Shown here: positions 9,388 through 19,348 of the stretch, one piece after another
How positions within the stretch are numbered: the stretch's first letter is position 1
Layout: every line of letters starts with the position of its first letter
DNA from: a virus
Strand: one strand, 5' to 3'
Length of the DNA stretch: 64,000 nucleotides
Virus record (IMG/VR): IMGVR_UViG_3300042923_000241
Coordinates: 13,757-77,756 of that record
Notes under the pieces: generated by a model
Database searches by the model: none
What the model saw: only the letters and a program-made list of their open reading frames with translations
Told to the model about the DNA's origin: nothing
Program-made: the position numbers and the translations under genes

Positions 9388-9725
9388 ATCTTGATTTAGC
9401 GAAGATTAGAGCGACGGCTGAAAATGCGACTCCGGGGCCGTGGATAGCCTTTTCAGATGAAATATGCATTGCGACGGAGCAAGAGGTCGGACTACGGTAT
9501 CCGACAATTGCATCGAATATTGATAGTCGAAAAAAATGGTTTAATTATGCTGATTCTCAATTTATCGCAACCGTCAATCCTCAAACAGTCATTGCTCTGC
9601 TTGATTTGGTGGAATCACTAAAATGTTGCGGGAATTGTAAGCACTTCGGCGATTGGGAACCTGATAATATTTGCGCCACTCAATGCGATGTTGAAAAGTT
9701 TAGCCTGTGGGAAATGTCAAAATGA
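9384..9725 (+). CDS. Ead/Ea22-like protein
   Basis: AENATPGPW ... FIATVNPQTVIALLD. Confidence 0.7.
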   Translation: MNLDLAKIRATAENATPGPWIAFSDEICIATEQEVGLRYPTIASNIDSRKKWFNYADSQFIATVNPQTVIALLDLVESLKCCGNCKHFGDWEPDNICATQCDVEKFSLWEMSK

Positions 9726-10090
9726 AACTAATCATTCCCGGTAAGCTCCCCGGTCTAAACGAATACGTAAAAGCCTGTCGCGCTAACAGATATGCCGGGG
9801 CGCAGATGAAGCAAAAAGCTGAAGATGGAATAAAAGTTGAGATTGGCAGACAACTTGGCGACAAAAAGTTTGAGTCAGTAAGACTTGCCTTTCATTGGTT
9901 TGAACAGAACAAACGCAGGGATTTTGACAACATAGCCTTTGCCAAAAAGTTTCTATTGGACGCATTGCAAGCGACAGGGACATTAAAAAATGACGGTTGG
10001 AATCAGATTGCCGGATTCAGCGATACGTTTTCAGTGGACAAGAAGTGTCCTAGAATTGAAGTCGAAATTCAGGAGGTTGTTTCACCATGA
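9722..10090 (+). CDS. rusA: RusA-like Holliday junction resolvase
   Basis: PGLNEY, RRDFDNI..AKKFLLDAL..G...ND, PRIEVEI. Confidence 0.85.
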   Translation: MKLIIPGKLPGLNEYVKACRANRYAGAQMKQKAEDGIKVEIGRQLGDKKFESVRLAFHWFEQNKRRDFDNIAFAKKFLLDALQATGTLKNDGWNQIAGFSDTFSVDKKCPRIEVEIQEVVSP

Positions 10091-10325
10091 AACCAATTCG
10101 TTGCATCTACTGTGGCGCAATAGAAGGTGAACCAATTGAAGAATTAGTGCCTGTGCCTAGTATGCGTTGGGAAGGCGATTGGCAACATGTAGACTTTCAT
10201 CGTGAAGTCGTCAGAGAAGTGTCGTTTAATTCAATTGAAAATCGAGATGGCGAAACAGAGTATGTCTGTTCGGAATGTCGGCAGAGGTTTACTTTTAGGG
10301 AAATAAAAGAGTCGGAGGTAAACAA

Positions 10326-10958
10326 ATGAGCAGTAGCAGTTTATGGGTAATGGATAAAAACTTCAACGGTGAATGTCTGAAAGAATTCAGTAATTCTTGG
10401 TGGTTTGCACCTATGGCGTGGGATATTTTGCTCAACAAATATATTCCAGGGAAACCGTGGGAAGAAAAACGGCACTTTATCAGTTCTGTGATGTTCGATG
10501 ATACATTGAACGGTAGACTAAACGAAAAAATTAATAATTCGTCAGTTCAAGAAGATCGCGTATTATGGGAACTTGGCAATCAACAGATTTTCTTCACGAA
10601 GGACAACCATTTTGTTGCTGATGCGATAAATAAATTTCTGACAACAAACAGCCGTTGGGCGACAGAACTTGGCGCACACATTTTTACTAGGTTTGCCGAG
10701 GTCGCTGGCGAAATCAGGTCGCTTGACGAAAACCAGTATCCGTATTTCATATTAAAAAACACAAGCTGTGATGACAATGTTGAATGGTGGTTTGAAAAGT
10801 ATGACGAGGAAACGGACGAATACGAATCGGTTTCTCTGGATAAAGTGGACAAGTTTGCGGCAGAGTTTGTGATCGTAGAAGACAACAAGATAGCAGAGTT
10901 TATCAGCAATGTTGATTATTTCAAGGAGAAAACCCAATGTTTGACGGACGTAAAGTAG
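10326..10958 (+). CDS. hypothetical phage protein
   Basis: 210 aa ORF with GGAGG RBS. Confidence 0.65.
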   Translation: MSSSSLWVMDKNFNGECLKEFSNSWWFAPMAWDILLNKYIPGKPWEEKRHFISSVMFDDTLNGRLNEKINNSSVQEDRVLWELGNQQIFFTKDNHFVADAINKFLTTNSRWATELGAHIFTRFAEVAGEIRSLDENQYPYFILKNTSCDDNVEWWFEKYDEETDEYESVSLDKVDKFAAEFVIVEDNKIAEFISNVDYFKEKTQCLTDVK

Positions 10959-11740
10959 CCTTCAAAGCCTTATTCGGCAGTCACAACTACAATTTGAATA
11001 CGCCAGAATCAGACCGTGACTATAAATATTTTATCATTCCGACATTTGAGGACTTGTATCGAGGAAAATTCTTCTCCACCTCCAAAGTTGGACAGGGCGA
11101 AGATTATGACGTTCACGATATTAGGCAATTGCCTAGTTTGTGGTGGAAAAGTAACATCAACTTCTTGGAAGTGCTGTTTAGTGAAGAAGTTGAGGTTCCG
11201 CATACAGATAACATTGTGAATGTTATGGGTGGAGATAGCGAACTTCCCGTATATCAATATACAGAAAGCACAACGCTTGATTATCCGCAGTTGACTCAAA
11301 TATTCTCAATGCGTGACAAAATCGTCCGAATGAATCTGCCATATCTGTTCAATGCCTGTATCGGTATGCACTATAACAAAATGAAGCTACTTGAAAAAGG
11401 AACAGCAGGGACGCAACATTTGGTTGACAAGTTTGGGTGGGATTGCAAGCAAGGACTTCATGCACTAAGGGTATTAGATTTTCTGATTCGTTTTCACGCA
11501 AGAGACTTTGCAGATTTTAAGGGTGCAATTACTTACGACGAAAGCGAAAGGGTAGCAATGCTGATGCTAAAAAGAGGTCTGATTTCCCTTGAAGGATTTC
11601 GAGGGATTGCTAGTGCGATGCTTGCTGATATTCAATACAAATTAACTGACGCCTACCAATCTCAGAAACCGGACGAGCAGACCCGCGAAGAAGTTGACAA
11701 TCTGATTATGGAATTGGTCAAGTCAGAAATTGGGAGGTAA
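10937..11740 (+). CDS. Pol-beta-superfamily nucleotidyltransferase
   Basis: LFGSHNYNLNTPESDRDY (GS...SDxD), NINFLEVLF, K..LHALR. Confidence 0.8.
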   Translation: MFDGRKVAFKALFGSHNYNLNTPESDRDYKYFIIPTFEDLYRGKFFSTSKVGQGEDYDVHDIRQLPSLWWKSNINFLEVLFSEEVEVPHTDNIVNVMGGDSELPVYQYTESTTLDYPQLTQIFSMRDKIVRMNLPYLFNACIGMHYNKMKLLEKGTAGTQHLVDKFGWDCKQGLHALRVLDFLIRFHARDFADFKGAITYDESERVAMLMLKRGLISLEGFRGIASAMLADIQYKLTDAYQSQKPDEQTREEVDNLIMELVKSEIGR

Positions 11741-11742
11741 AT

Positions 11743-12117
11743 TTGCGAAAATGCGTATTAGCAACATTAATCCTATTCGCGCTGTTTACTCAACCTGCGT
11801 CTTGTATGGCGCAGGAAGGCATAGCAAGGCAAACAATGGTGTATTCCGTCGAAGCAACTGCCTACACGCTATTTGACGAGGACTGTACAGGAATAGCGTT
11901 TGACGGCAATCCTGCTGTACCTTTCGAGACGATTGCGGTTGACCCTGATGTTATACCGCTAGGTAGTAGGGTTTTCGTGCCTAGTATGGGTTGGTTTACT
12001 GCACATGATACGGGTGGTGCGATACAGGAAATGAAGATCGATGTTTGCGTTGATTCAACAGAAACAGCTTTTTCATGGGGCCGTCAGCAAATTAACATAA
12101 TTGTCATAACGCCATAA
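11743..12117 (+). CDS. secreted 3D-domain protein (YocH/Sps-like cell-wall enzyme)
   Basis: signal peptide; EATAY, IAVDPDVIPLGS, AHDTGGAI...IDV...WGR. Confidence 0.9.
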   Translation: MRKCVLATLILFALFTQPASCMAQEGIARQTMVYSVEATAYTLFDEDCTGIAFDGNPAVPFETIAVDPDVIPLGSRVFVPSMGWFTAHDTGGAIQEMKIDVCVDSTETAFSWGRQQINIIVITP

Positions 12118-12196
12118 AAAAATGCCCACTCCAACACGACTATCGGAGTAGGCGAGAATTTCAGCTAATAAAGTCTATGTGAGAGGAAGAGAGTTT

Positions 12197-12577
12197 ATGC
12201 GAGAAAACATTGCGTCAATTAGTGAATTGACCGAAAGAATATATAAAAATGCCATTTCCAAAGGATGGTATGAAGAAGAAAGGTCATTCGGCGACATTAT
12301 ATCCCTGTGTCATGCGGAACTATCCGAAGCGTTAGAGGAATATCGCAACGGACACAAACCAAACGATATTTACTACTCTGTTTCTGAAAAGTCCGTAACG
12401 AATGGCAAGTTTGAAAACGACTTGAAGCCGGAAGGAATTCCGATTGAGTTGGCAGATGTGGTCATTAGAATAATGGATTATTGCGGTCATGTTGGCATTG
12501 ACCTGCAATCTGCTATCGAAATAAAAATGGCGTATAACGAGTCAAGAAGTTATAAACACGGGGGAAAGGTAATTTAA
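12197..12577 (+). CDS. MazG-like NTP pyrophosphohydrolase
   Basis: HAELSEALEEYR, IELADVVIRIMD, KMAYNESR. Confidence 0.85.
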   Translation: MRENIASISELTERIYKNAISKGWYEEERSFGDIISLCHAELSEALEEYRNGHKPNDIYYSVSEKSVTNGKFENDLKPEGIPIELADVVIRIMDYCGHVGIDLQSAIEIKMAYNESRSYKHGGKVI

Positions 12578-12593
12578 GAATGGAGGTTTCTTA

Positions 12594-13253
12594 ATGACCA
12601 ACTTAACAGACCGCCTACAAAAAGGCGTAACTAAAGTTGACAATAACGTCTATGCGATTGCTTGCGATAAAGAGGATTTGGACAGGTTGATTAAGGCTGT
12701 TGGGGAGAATGCCGAATTAAGGCGGCAGGTTGATGAATTGACCACACAAAACAGCGGCTTGCTTCAAGATTATTTTGCCAAAGACAGAGAGGTTACAAAA
12801 TATCTTTGTTTGTCGGTTGAAATTCAAGACAAGTTGGATAAAAGTCAGTTAAAGATCATAGATCAACAATTAAAATTACAAACTCGTGACCTTGAACTAG
12901 ATGGATTAAAAGATACGCTACAAATTGCTATCAACAACGGTGATAACTGGCAGGAATCGTGGCGTAAAGCTAAAGATAAATTCGCCGCCCGTGAAGCGGA
13001 ACTATCCTTGGTAAAATTCAAACTGGATAGTCTCGCAGATATGTATAAAGATATTAGGCACAATAATGAATTGCTAAAAATGGCACTAAAAGCGGCTAAC
13101 TCCAAATCTCTAGAAGATTATTCTCCATATTATGCCTACGACCCCGACCAGGACGTTGAACAGTTAAAATCACTTTGTAACGGAGTAATCGTTCATATCC
13201 CGGTTGATTGGTTAACTGAATTACTGGCAGACAGGGACAAGTCTAATGCGTAA
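12594..13253 (+). CDS. coiled-coil hypothetical protein
   Basis: GGAGG RBS; heptad-rich. Confidence 0.6.
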   Translation: MTNLTDRLQKGVTKVDNNVYAIACDKEDLDRLIKAVGENAELRRQVDELTTQNSGLLQDYFAKDREVTKYLCLSVEIQDKLDKSQLKIIDQQLKLQTRDLELDGLKDTLQIAINNGDNWQESWRKAKDKFAAREAELSLVKFKLDSLADMYKDIRHNNELLKMALKAANSKSLEDYSPYYAYDPDQDVEQLKSLCNGVIVHIPVDWLTELLADRDKSNA

Positions 13254-13549
13254 CTGTTGCATCATCAAAGGCAATCGAAGCGAGAGCAGAACTGTCAACT
13301 GGCAGATAAGACAATTGAAGAAGCGGGAGGGGAAGAAATGAAAGTATATAAAGTGACACAGGATGGCGAATGGTGTGCATATGCAAAGCTTGATGATGCT
13401 TTTCAGCATCTAGTCGACGAATTGGAATCAACGATATGTGACCTTGTTGTAGGTCAAAGAACCCCTGATATTCATATCGAGGTTGACGAAATGACCGAAG
13501 AAGAATATGCAAGTTTGCCAGAATTTGACGGGTTTTAGGAGGTAGCGCA

Positions 13550-14041
13550 ATGTATAAACTTAAATGCTTTGAAGGAACAGAACCGAGAATTGGCGTGACC
13601 GACGAATTTATAAATCGAAACAAATTATCAATTAACCAAGAAGCAGCAAAGAAGCTTCTTGAGGATACAGGAGATATGTTCGGGTTTTCTAAAGAAGTCG
13701 CCATTGAATTTGTTGATTATGATACAGCAAAACCAAATCTTAATAACACTTACATTACAAAGGTTGAATCAGGCGAAGTCGAGTTTAGTTTTATTGCTGA
13801 TGTTAAAGAAGCAACGCAAGACTTTCTTGACTATATGGTGTTTGCATGGGACAAGGCTATGGGAGAAAGAGGAATATCGGCGGGAAGAAGCATTGAAAAG
13901 CTGTCTGCTTGGATGAAAATTCTAAACAGGCCAGATATTGCCGATGTATTACAGAGCGGCTCGCTTTACTCTCCATATGGCAGACCCGCGCTTCGCAAGG
14001 CTTGCGAAATGCTAGAGATCAAATGCCCAAATTATCTTTAA
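13550..14041 (+). CDS. hypothetical phage protein
   Basis: AGGAGG RBS; 163 aa. Confidence 0.6.
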   Translation: MYKLKCFEGTEPRIGVTDEFINRNKLSINQEAAKKLLEDTGDMFGFSKEVAIEFVDYDTAKPNLNNTYITKVESGEVEFSFIADVKEATQDFLDYMVFAWDKAMGERGISAGRSIEKLSAWMKILNRPDIADVLQSGSLYSPYGRPALRKACEMLEIKCPNYL

Positions 14042-14306
14042 AGATGGAGGTAGCAAATGTCAACAATTAAACATCAGCCGAACTGCCAGAAATGTGGCAG
14101 AAACGGTCAAATATATGAACCACGCGACTGCAAGAAAAAACTGCCGTTGGAATGTCCTGTCTGCACGGTTGAGAATAAAGCACATCGGTTGTCGCCTGTG
14201 AGATGGCAGTCGCTGGCTGGCATTTGCCCTGAGTGTACTGGTTATAATGGTTATCCTGGTGATGGGCTGTGTAAGAGTTGCTATGAGAATAAGTACGGTG
14301 CTGATA

Positions 14307-14768
14307 ATGAGTAGGGCGAATCCGTTAAGGTGGAAGATTGGGAAAGAAAGAGAAAAGTGGAATGACCCTGTTGTCGAACCGTTGCTGTGGTCTATTCCTG
14401 CAAGAATCGCTAAGATGCAGTTGCAAACAATGCCGACTTGTATTCCCAACTATCAAAGCCTAGACATGCCAAGAGGAACCGATATAACCGACAGTACCGG
14501 CAAGTATGGCATAAAGAGGGCTACAAGCGATACGCTTTCCGTATTTGGCATAGACGCAATAGTTTGTGTTGATGACCCCGATTTAATAACTTGCAAGAAT
14601 GTCGAATTGATATTCAACATGTTACAAGATGACCTTCAAGACATCTGTGAAATGTACTATTTTCAGAAGATGAAGCCTGCGGCGATTATTGAAGTTCTAG
14701 GCATTAGCGAGAGGACTTTCTACTATAAATTGCAAGAAATGAGAGAGTTTTTCAAAAGTATTGCATAA
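14307..14768 (+). CDS. ArpU/RinA-like late transcriptional activator
   Basis: C-terminal sigma4-like HTH (LGISERTFYY); last gene of the replication module. Confidence 0.7.
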   Translation: MSRANPLRWKIGKEREKWNDPVVEPLLWSIPARIAKMQLQTMPTCIPNYQSLDMPRGTDITDSTGKYGIKRATSDTLSVFGIDAIVCVDDPDLITCKNVELIFNMLQDDLQDICEMYYFQKMKPAAIIEVLGISERTFYYKLQEMREFFKSIA

Positions 14769-14826
14769 TTGCAGAAAGTTTGCAGTATTAATGTATGGAA
14801 CATTGCAGTAAGCGTGGGTTATACTA
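14761..14826 (+). promoter_or_regulatory. putative activator-dependent late promoter
   Basis: four TTGCA(G) direct repeats upstream of a TATACT -10, right after the activator gene; hairpin and U-tract at about 14855-14880. Confidence 0.5.
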
Positions 14827-15151
14827 ATACTATGAAATAGTATATAAAAATCAATGCCACTCAGAAATGAGTGGTTTTTTCTTTATGTATTCGTAATAAT
14901 CGGAGATGATAAGATGACATGAAAACCGACACTTTATTGCCAATTTGCCTAGACTGCCTTTGGCTAACCAACAATATTTGCAAACATCCTCATCCTGCAA
15001 AACCGGATGAGATTCATATATGCTATGATGGCAAGGGAATTGTCCCTGATTTGATGTATCATAGTGGGACAGACTTGTACAAGCGTAACGGGAAATGGGT
15101 TCAGCGAAAGACCGTTGAAACTGTTGCTAAGAAAAAGAAATAGGTTAGAGT

Positions 15152-15955
15152 ATGAGAGAGGGAATGTGCGTGGGTGTTGAATATACGGTATATATGCACA
15201 TTAACAAAACAAACAATAAGAAATATGTCGGCATAACCCGTGTTGATCCTGTAAAAAGGTGGAGTAACGGTAACGGTTATACAAAAAATAATCATTTCCA
15301 CAAAGCTATTGAGAAGTATGGGTGGGATGGTTTTGAACATGAAATACTATTTGAAAAATTAACAAAAAACGATGCTCGCAAAAAAGAAGCAGAATTGATA
15401 CTTGAACACCAATCATTTAATAGAAACTATGGATACAATTTAACATATGGCGGTGAGTGTGGCGATGCCACTACGGAAGAAACGCGGGAAAAAATGAGGA
15501 AAGCAAACACCGGAAAACACCACTCAGAAGAAACACGACAAAAAATAGGTAAAGCTAGTGCCGGTAGGCGGCATACAGAAGAAGCGCGACAAAAAATGAG
15601 TAAAGTGTGGTCTGGTGTGCGCCGTTCTAAAGAAACACGACAAAAAATGAGCGAAGCTAGAAAAGGACAACAAGGCACCATGTTAGGGAAAACGCATTCG
15701 CTTGAAGCACGTCAAAAAATAAGCAATGCCATGTCGGGGGAAAACAATCCTATGTTTGGCAAGACGCTTTCGCTTGAAACAAAACAAAAAATTAGAGAAG
15801 CTAGAATTGGTAAGAAACAATCAGAATCTACGCGACAAAAAATAAGGGAAGCCAATAGTGGCAAGCGAATTTCCGAAGCTACACGACAAAAAATGTCAAA
15901 TGCACAATTAGCTTGGCGCAATAACAAGAGTGTTGGCGAATTGGTGGCTCCCTAA
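15152..15955 (+). CDS. GIY-YIG homing endonuclease with NUMOD3 repeats
   Basis: VYMHINKTNNKKYVGIT, GYNLTYGGE, repeated HSEETRQKIS-type units. Confidence 0.92.
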   Translation: MREGMCVGVEYTVYMHINKTNNKKYVGITRVDPVKRWSNGNGYTKNNHFHKAIEKYGWDGFEHEILFEKLTKNDARKKEAELILEHQSFNRNYGYNLTYGGECGDATTEETREKMRKANTGKHHSEETRQKIGKASAGRRHTEEARQKMSKVWSGVRRSKETRQKMSEARKGQQGTMLGKTHSLEARQKISNAMSGENNPMFGKTLSLETKQKIREARIGKKQSESTRQKIREANSGKRISEATRQKMSNAQLAWRNNKSVGELVAP

Positions 15956-16021
15956 CCATGCCGAAATGCTAAAGTTCACAGACGTTTTGCCGAGCGGAAG
16001 TAAGGGAGAAAATCGGTAATA

Positions 16022-16127
16022 AGCGCATTGAGGAAGAACTGGCAACTTTCGCCCTCTGTCCAATCAAGCTGATGCTTATGTTTTGGGCAGAGTAGGAGAT
16101 GCAGGACTGTCACCCTGCCAATGCGCT
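16022..16127 (+). ncRNA. tRNA-like RNA with an extended anticodon arm
   Basis: closing stem AGCGCATTG/CAATGCGCT; D-like arm GAAG-AACTGGCAA-CTTT; long stem CTCTGTCCAA/TTGGGCAGAG; T-like arm GCAGG-8 nt-CCTGC. Confidence 0.55.
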
Positions 16128-16919
16128 AAAAACACTACTGCAAAAGCAGTCCTAACAATACCGTTCCATACGGTTCTAAGATTGGCACAAAGGGCGTTAT
16201 GCTGATTGGAGCAGGGTTCCGATTACCGGGACGACAGCATAGCAAGCGCAGGTAGGGTGGGTACTGCGCTAAAAAAGAGCCGTTAAATCGGTAAACAACT
16301 AGAAAGCAACTGGCGGAGTGTACACCTTCAACAAATGCAATTGCTACTGTTGAATGCCGTTAGTTGCGCTGAACAAAATTTGGTTCGGATTTTTACATAG
16401 GGGAGTGTTAGCACTTCGCTTTTGGTTTTTGCCGAACCGATTACATCTGGCATTGCCAGCCGGTTAGTCGGAAACCGAGACTGAATTTCGACAATTGGAA
16501 TTGGAATGTAGTCGGAGTCATGACCGACGAGGGCTTGCCGGAAGGCATAGCAAGCGGGATGCGTGGATGGGGCTACCCTGCACTTTATATTCGCCATTTA
16601 CTCACAGTTTGTGGCTTGCAAAGGTTTTGGCTGTTGTACCCCTAAACAATGGCCTTTTAATTTTGTTTTTGAGGTGAGCTTTTTGAAATTGGTTGAGTTT
16701 AGGACTAAATGTCGTTGCGGATGTGACGAAACACATTTTTGTTTTAAGATTTTAGGGTGTGGATTTGGTACTTTACTGACTGCGGGGAATGGTGGATTAA
16801 GCTGTATTGGTTTAACAACTGTTTGTCGTATTCGCCGTGTCAAGGCTTTATGATAAACGGTAAAGAAATATAAGTGACTAGCAATTTTAAGGGGTATTCA
16901 ATGATGTTTTTGACAAAAG

Positions 16920-16946
16920 AAAAAGACCGCCTTATTTGACGGTCTG
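16920..16946. terminator. terminator between convergent transcription units
   Basis: AGACCG/CGGTCT stem with an A-tract on the left, giving a U-tail on the minus strand. Confidence 0.5.
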
Positions 16947-17631
16947 GTTGAGTTGTTCTTTGAAGAAGTTCGCCATGTGCCTTGCAACCTGAGTGGCAAA
17001 TTCTTCATCTTGCAAAGGTGTTTTTCTGCCAACGTGATCTAGGATGTTAATGAGCAGTTTATAATCTTCATCGCCAAGTACAATGACTTTTGAGTTGTTA
17101 TATGCTGTTACTACTTGCAATTTTTAAGACTCCTTCCATGAAGATTATTCGCTTGCCTGTTCTGCCTTGGACTGGACGGTTTGCATTAGACTCCATATAA
17201 CATATGCTTCTTCGTCTGACAAGTCATTTGTTTCCTCGTCGTGATAAAGTTCTAGGAGTTCAGCCAAGTCTTCGAGTTGGTATTTTTTCATCATAATTCC
17301 TCCAATCTGATTTTCTCCAGAGCTTACAGACTACCCTTCCATGTGATTTTCGCCAGTTCTTGCTAGGCTCCTGCCATGAAGATTTTACCATTGACCTGTA
17401 GAAAAATATCTCTTCCATGCCATGCGTTTTCTGTCTGCTCTTTGTTTGCGGTCAAGATAGGCTGCTAGGGTGGATAGAATTTTCATGGGGATACCTCCTG
17501 TTCTTCAGTAACTCCATCACAAAGTCTGCCTTGGTGGTTTTCGCAATTCGTTTTGGTGATTAATCCGCAATAACAGGTTTTACCGAGATAGCAAGACTTA
17601 CATGGGCAGAGCAAACATTCTTCTTTTGTTT

Positions 17632-17826
17632 TCATGGTGTTACCTCCAATTCTTTTTTGTAAAAATACATAATATCGTTTGTGTATATCCTTGGGATGTT
17701 GGTGGGGAAAACGTCATGCAAAACGCCGTACTGATACCACGGGTTAGATTGCGTTCCATATGGGCCTTCTATGGCAACGATTGTTCCTGCGCCAAACTTT
17801 GTTATAACTCTTTGTTTTAGTTTCAT
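17632..17826 (-). CDS. small hypothetical protein (leftward operon)
   Basis: CAGGAGG RBS; ATGA-coupled. Confidence 0.6.
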   Translation of the reverse strand: MKLKQRVITKFGAGTIVAIEGPYGTQSNPWYQYGVLHDVFPTNIPRIYTNDIMYFYKKELEVTP

Positions 17827-18032
17827 GGTGTTACCTCCTGATGTCCAATTAGCCTAAAATTATTTATGCGTGCATCGTGACTATAATTGACGAAACCACC
17901 ACGGACAAAATATTGCCAATATCTTACCTGCATTGTTTCGCCGTCATCGTTAAGCTTTACCACTAATGCCTTGTCTGTTGGCTTGTCTCCCCATTTACTC
18001 ATAACAATGTCGCCACGCTTAAACATTTTCAC
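17823..18032 (-). CDS. small SH3-like hypothetical protein
   Basis: MFKRGDIV start; RBS present. Confidence 0.55.
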   Translation of the reverse strand: MKMFKRGDIVMSKWGDKPTDKALVVKLNDDGETMQVRYWQYFVRGGFVNYSHDARINNFRLIGHQEVTP

Positions 18033-18126
18033 CGCCCCTTTTGATTTGTACTCCTTGAAATGTGCCAGAAAGTAACTGTTCTGACACGCTTCAAGCGGTA
18101 CAAAGACCGCTTTTATTTACAGCGTC

Positions 18127-18336
18127 CTAGAAAACCAATTCTTTGTTGCCGATACTCTTTTGGTAGCGATACCAATTAACCATCATTGTTAAATCGCCAG
18201 GACTTATTTCTTCTTCGTAATCAACTAATCCGGACTTAGCGTTAAATGTAGTGAGTAATATTTTGCCGTCATATTGTTGCTGGGTTAATTGCATTGTTCT
18301 GCCGTTGTTAATTTCGGTTTCAATTTTGTTTATCAT
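18127..18336 (-). CDS. small hypothetical protein
   Basis: GGAGG RBS; ATGA overlap with the upstream gene. Confidence 0.6.
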   Translation of the reverse strand: MINKIETEINNGRTMQLTQQQYDGKILLTTFNAKSGLVDYEEEISPGDLTMMVNWYRYQKSIGNKELVF

Positions 18337-18497
18337 TTTAATTCCTCCACCTTTACGCATTTAACCATTCGATCTTCAACACAGCCGAGATTAAACCATT
18401 TGCCTAGGTAGTATTCTACTGCATCCTGATAGGATAGGTTGATGCCAGTTACAAAGGAATCGCCGTCTGAGAAATGGACTTTTGCTGTGGTTTGCAT
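18333..18497 (-). CDS. small hypothetical protein (not in track)
   Basis: AGGAGG RBS; MQTTAKVHFSDGDSFVTGINLSYQDAVEYYLGKWFNLG... Confidence 0.6.
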   Translation of the reverse strand: MQTTAKVHFSDGDSFVTGINLSYQDAVEYYLGKWFNLGCVEDRMVKCVKVEELK

Positions 18498-18515
18498 TTT
18501 CATTCCTCCTTTTGA

Positions 18516-18752
18516 TTATGCGTAAAACGAGACTGTTTCGCCGGTTACTGAGTCGTGATGGGTTATAATTGTGTAACCGTATTTGTTTAGGCCTTGCACA
18601 TGAGATTCAATTCTCGCCTTTACATATTCTTGTCCGCGCCCAGAGTGGCGTTGATGTTTTGTGTATTTTTGCAAAAATTCTTCGATGCTTCTAACATCGT
18701 TAACCTGATATTGTCTAAACTTATCTTTCATATCGGTTCGTGCTACTTGCAT
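18516..18752 (-). CDS. small hypothetical protein
   Basis: GGGAGG RBS; in operon. Confidence 0.6.
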   Translation of the reverse strand: MQVARTDMKDKFRQYQVNDVRSIEEFLQKYTKHQRHSGRGQEYVKARIESHVQGLNKYGYTIITHHDSVTGETVSFYA

Positions 18753-18753
18753 T

Positions 18754-18966
18754 TTACAAATTCCTCCCAACAATATTTTGATGGCCTTCCATGCATGATT
18801 TACAAGTACATTTCATTCCGTTTTGACGTTTTGCTATTCCACGATTAAATGATTCTTGCGCTGCTTGATAACTAATTCTGTTTTCAATATATAACCTTGT
18901 CATCGTTTTTGTGTCGTTGTGATAACCTGCATACTCAATACTGGCTAGTGCTGTTTTTCGATTCAT
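18754..18966 (-). CDS. small hypothetical protein with C-terminal CxCxxC
   Basis: RBS; in operon. Confidence 0.6.
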   Translation of the reverse strand: MNRKTALASIEYAGYHNDTKTMTRLYIENRISYQAAQESFNRGIAKRQNGMKCTCKSCMEGHQNIVGRNL

Positions 18967-19059
18967 TTCATTACCTACCTTTCATTTTTACCATTTGTCA
19001 AGTGCCTACAAAAAACGTCTGTCTGTAGACCTTTGACAAGAGGTAAAAACCTCTTGAAA

Positions 19060-19272
19060 CTAACGCCGTTTATTAATGAGACAAGATTGGTGACCAAAAT
19101 AACTGTTGCAATTGTGTTGAGTCCAACCGCCGAGCGTTTGGCCGTTATGCTCATAATTAAAACTTTCTTCCTCATATTGTGAGTAAACTTCCGAAACCGG
19201 CTTTCCACAAACCTCACAGTTACCATATTTGCTGGACGATGCGCTTTGATTTATTAATCTGTAGCGGTACAT
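19060..19272 (-). CDS. small zinc-binding hypothetical protein
   Basis: YGNCEVCGK...FGHQSCL. Confidence 0.6.
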   Translation of the reverse strand: MYRYRLINQSASSSKYGNCEVCGKPVSEVYSQYEEESFNYEHNGQTLGGWTQHNCNSYFGHQSCLINKRR

Positions 19273-19348
19273 TTTTATACCCCCAGTTATCATTTATTTC
19301 ATTTTATGCTACTTTGGGACACGTTGCAAGGTAAAAAATATTTGCTTG

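Noticed and set aside
15152-16590. Group I intron hosting the GIY-YIG gene
   Set aside because: No interrupted host gene on either side and no recognisable P7 or catalytic core by eye; an Infernal scan is needed to exclude it fully
16328-16853. Track ORFs overlapping the structured RNA region
   Set aside because: Most have no RBS or protein-like features; at most a short Cys-rich ORF after 16683 may be real
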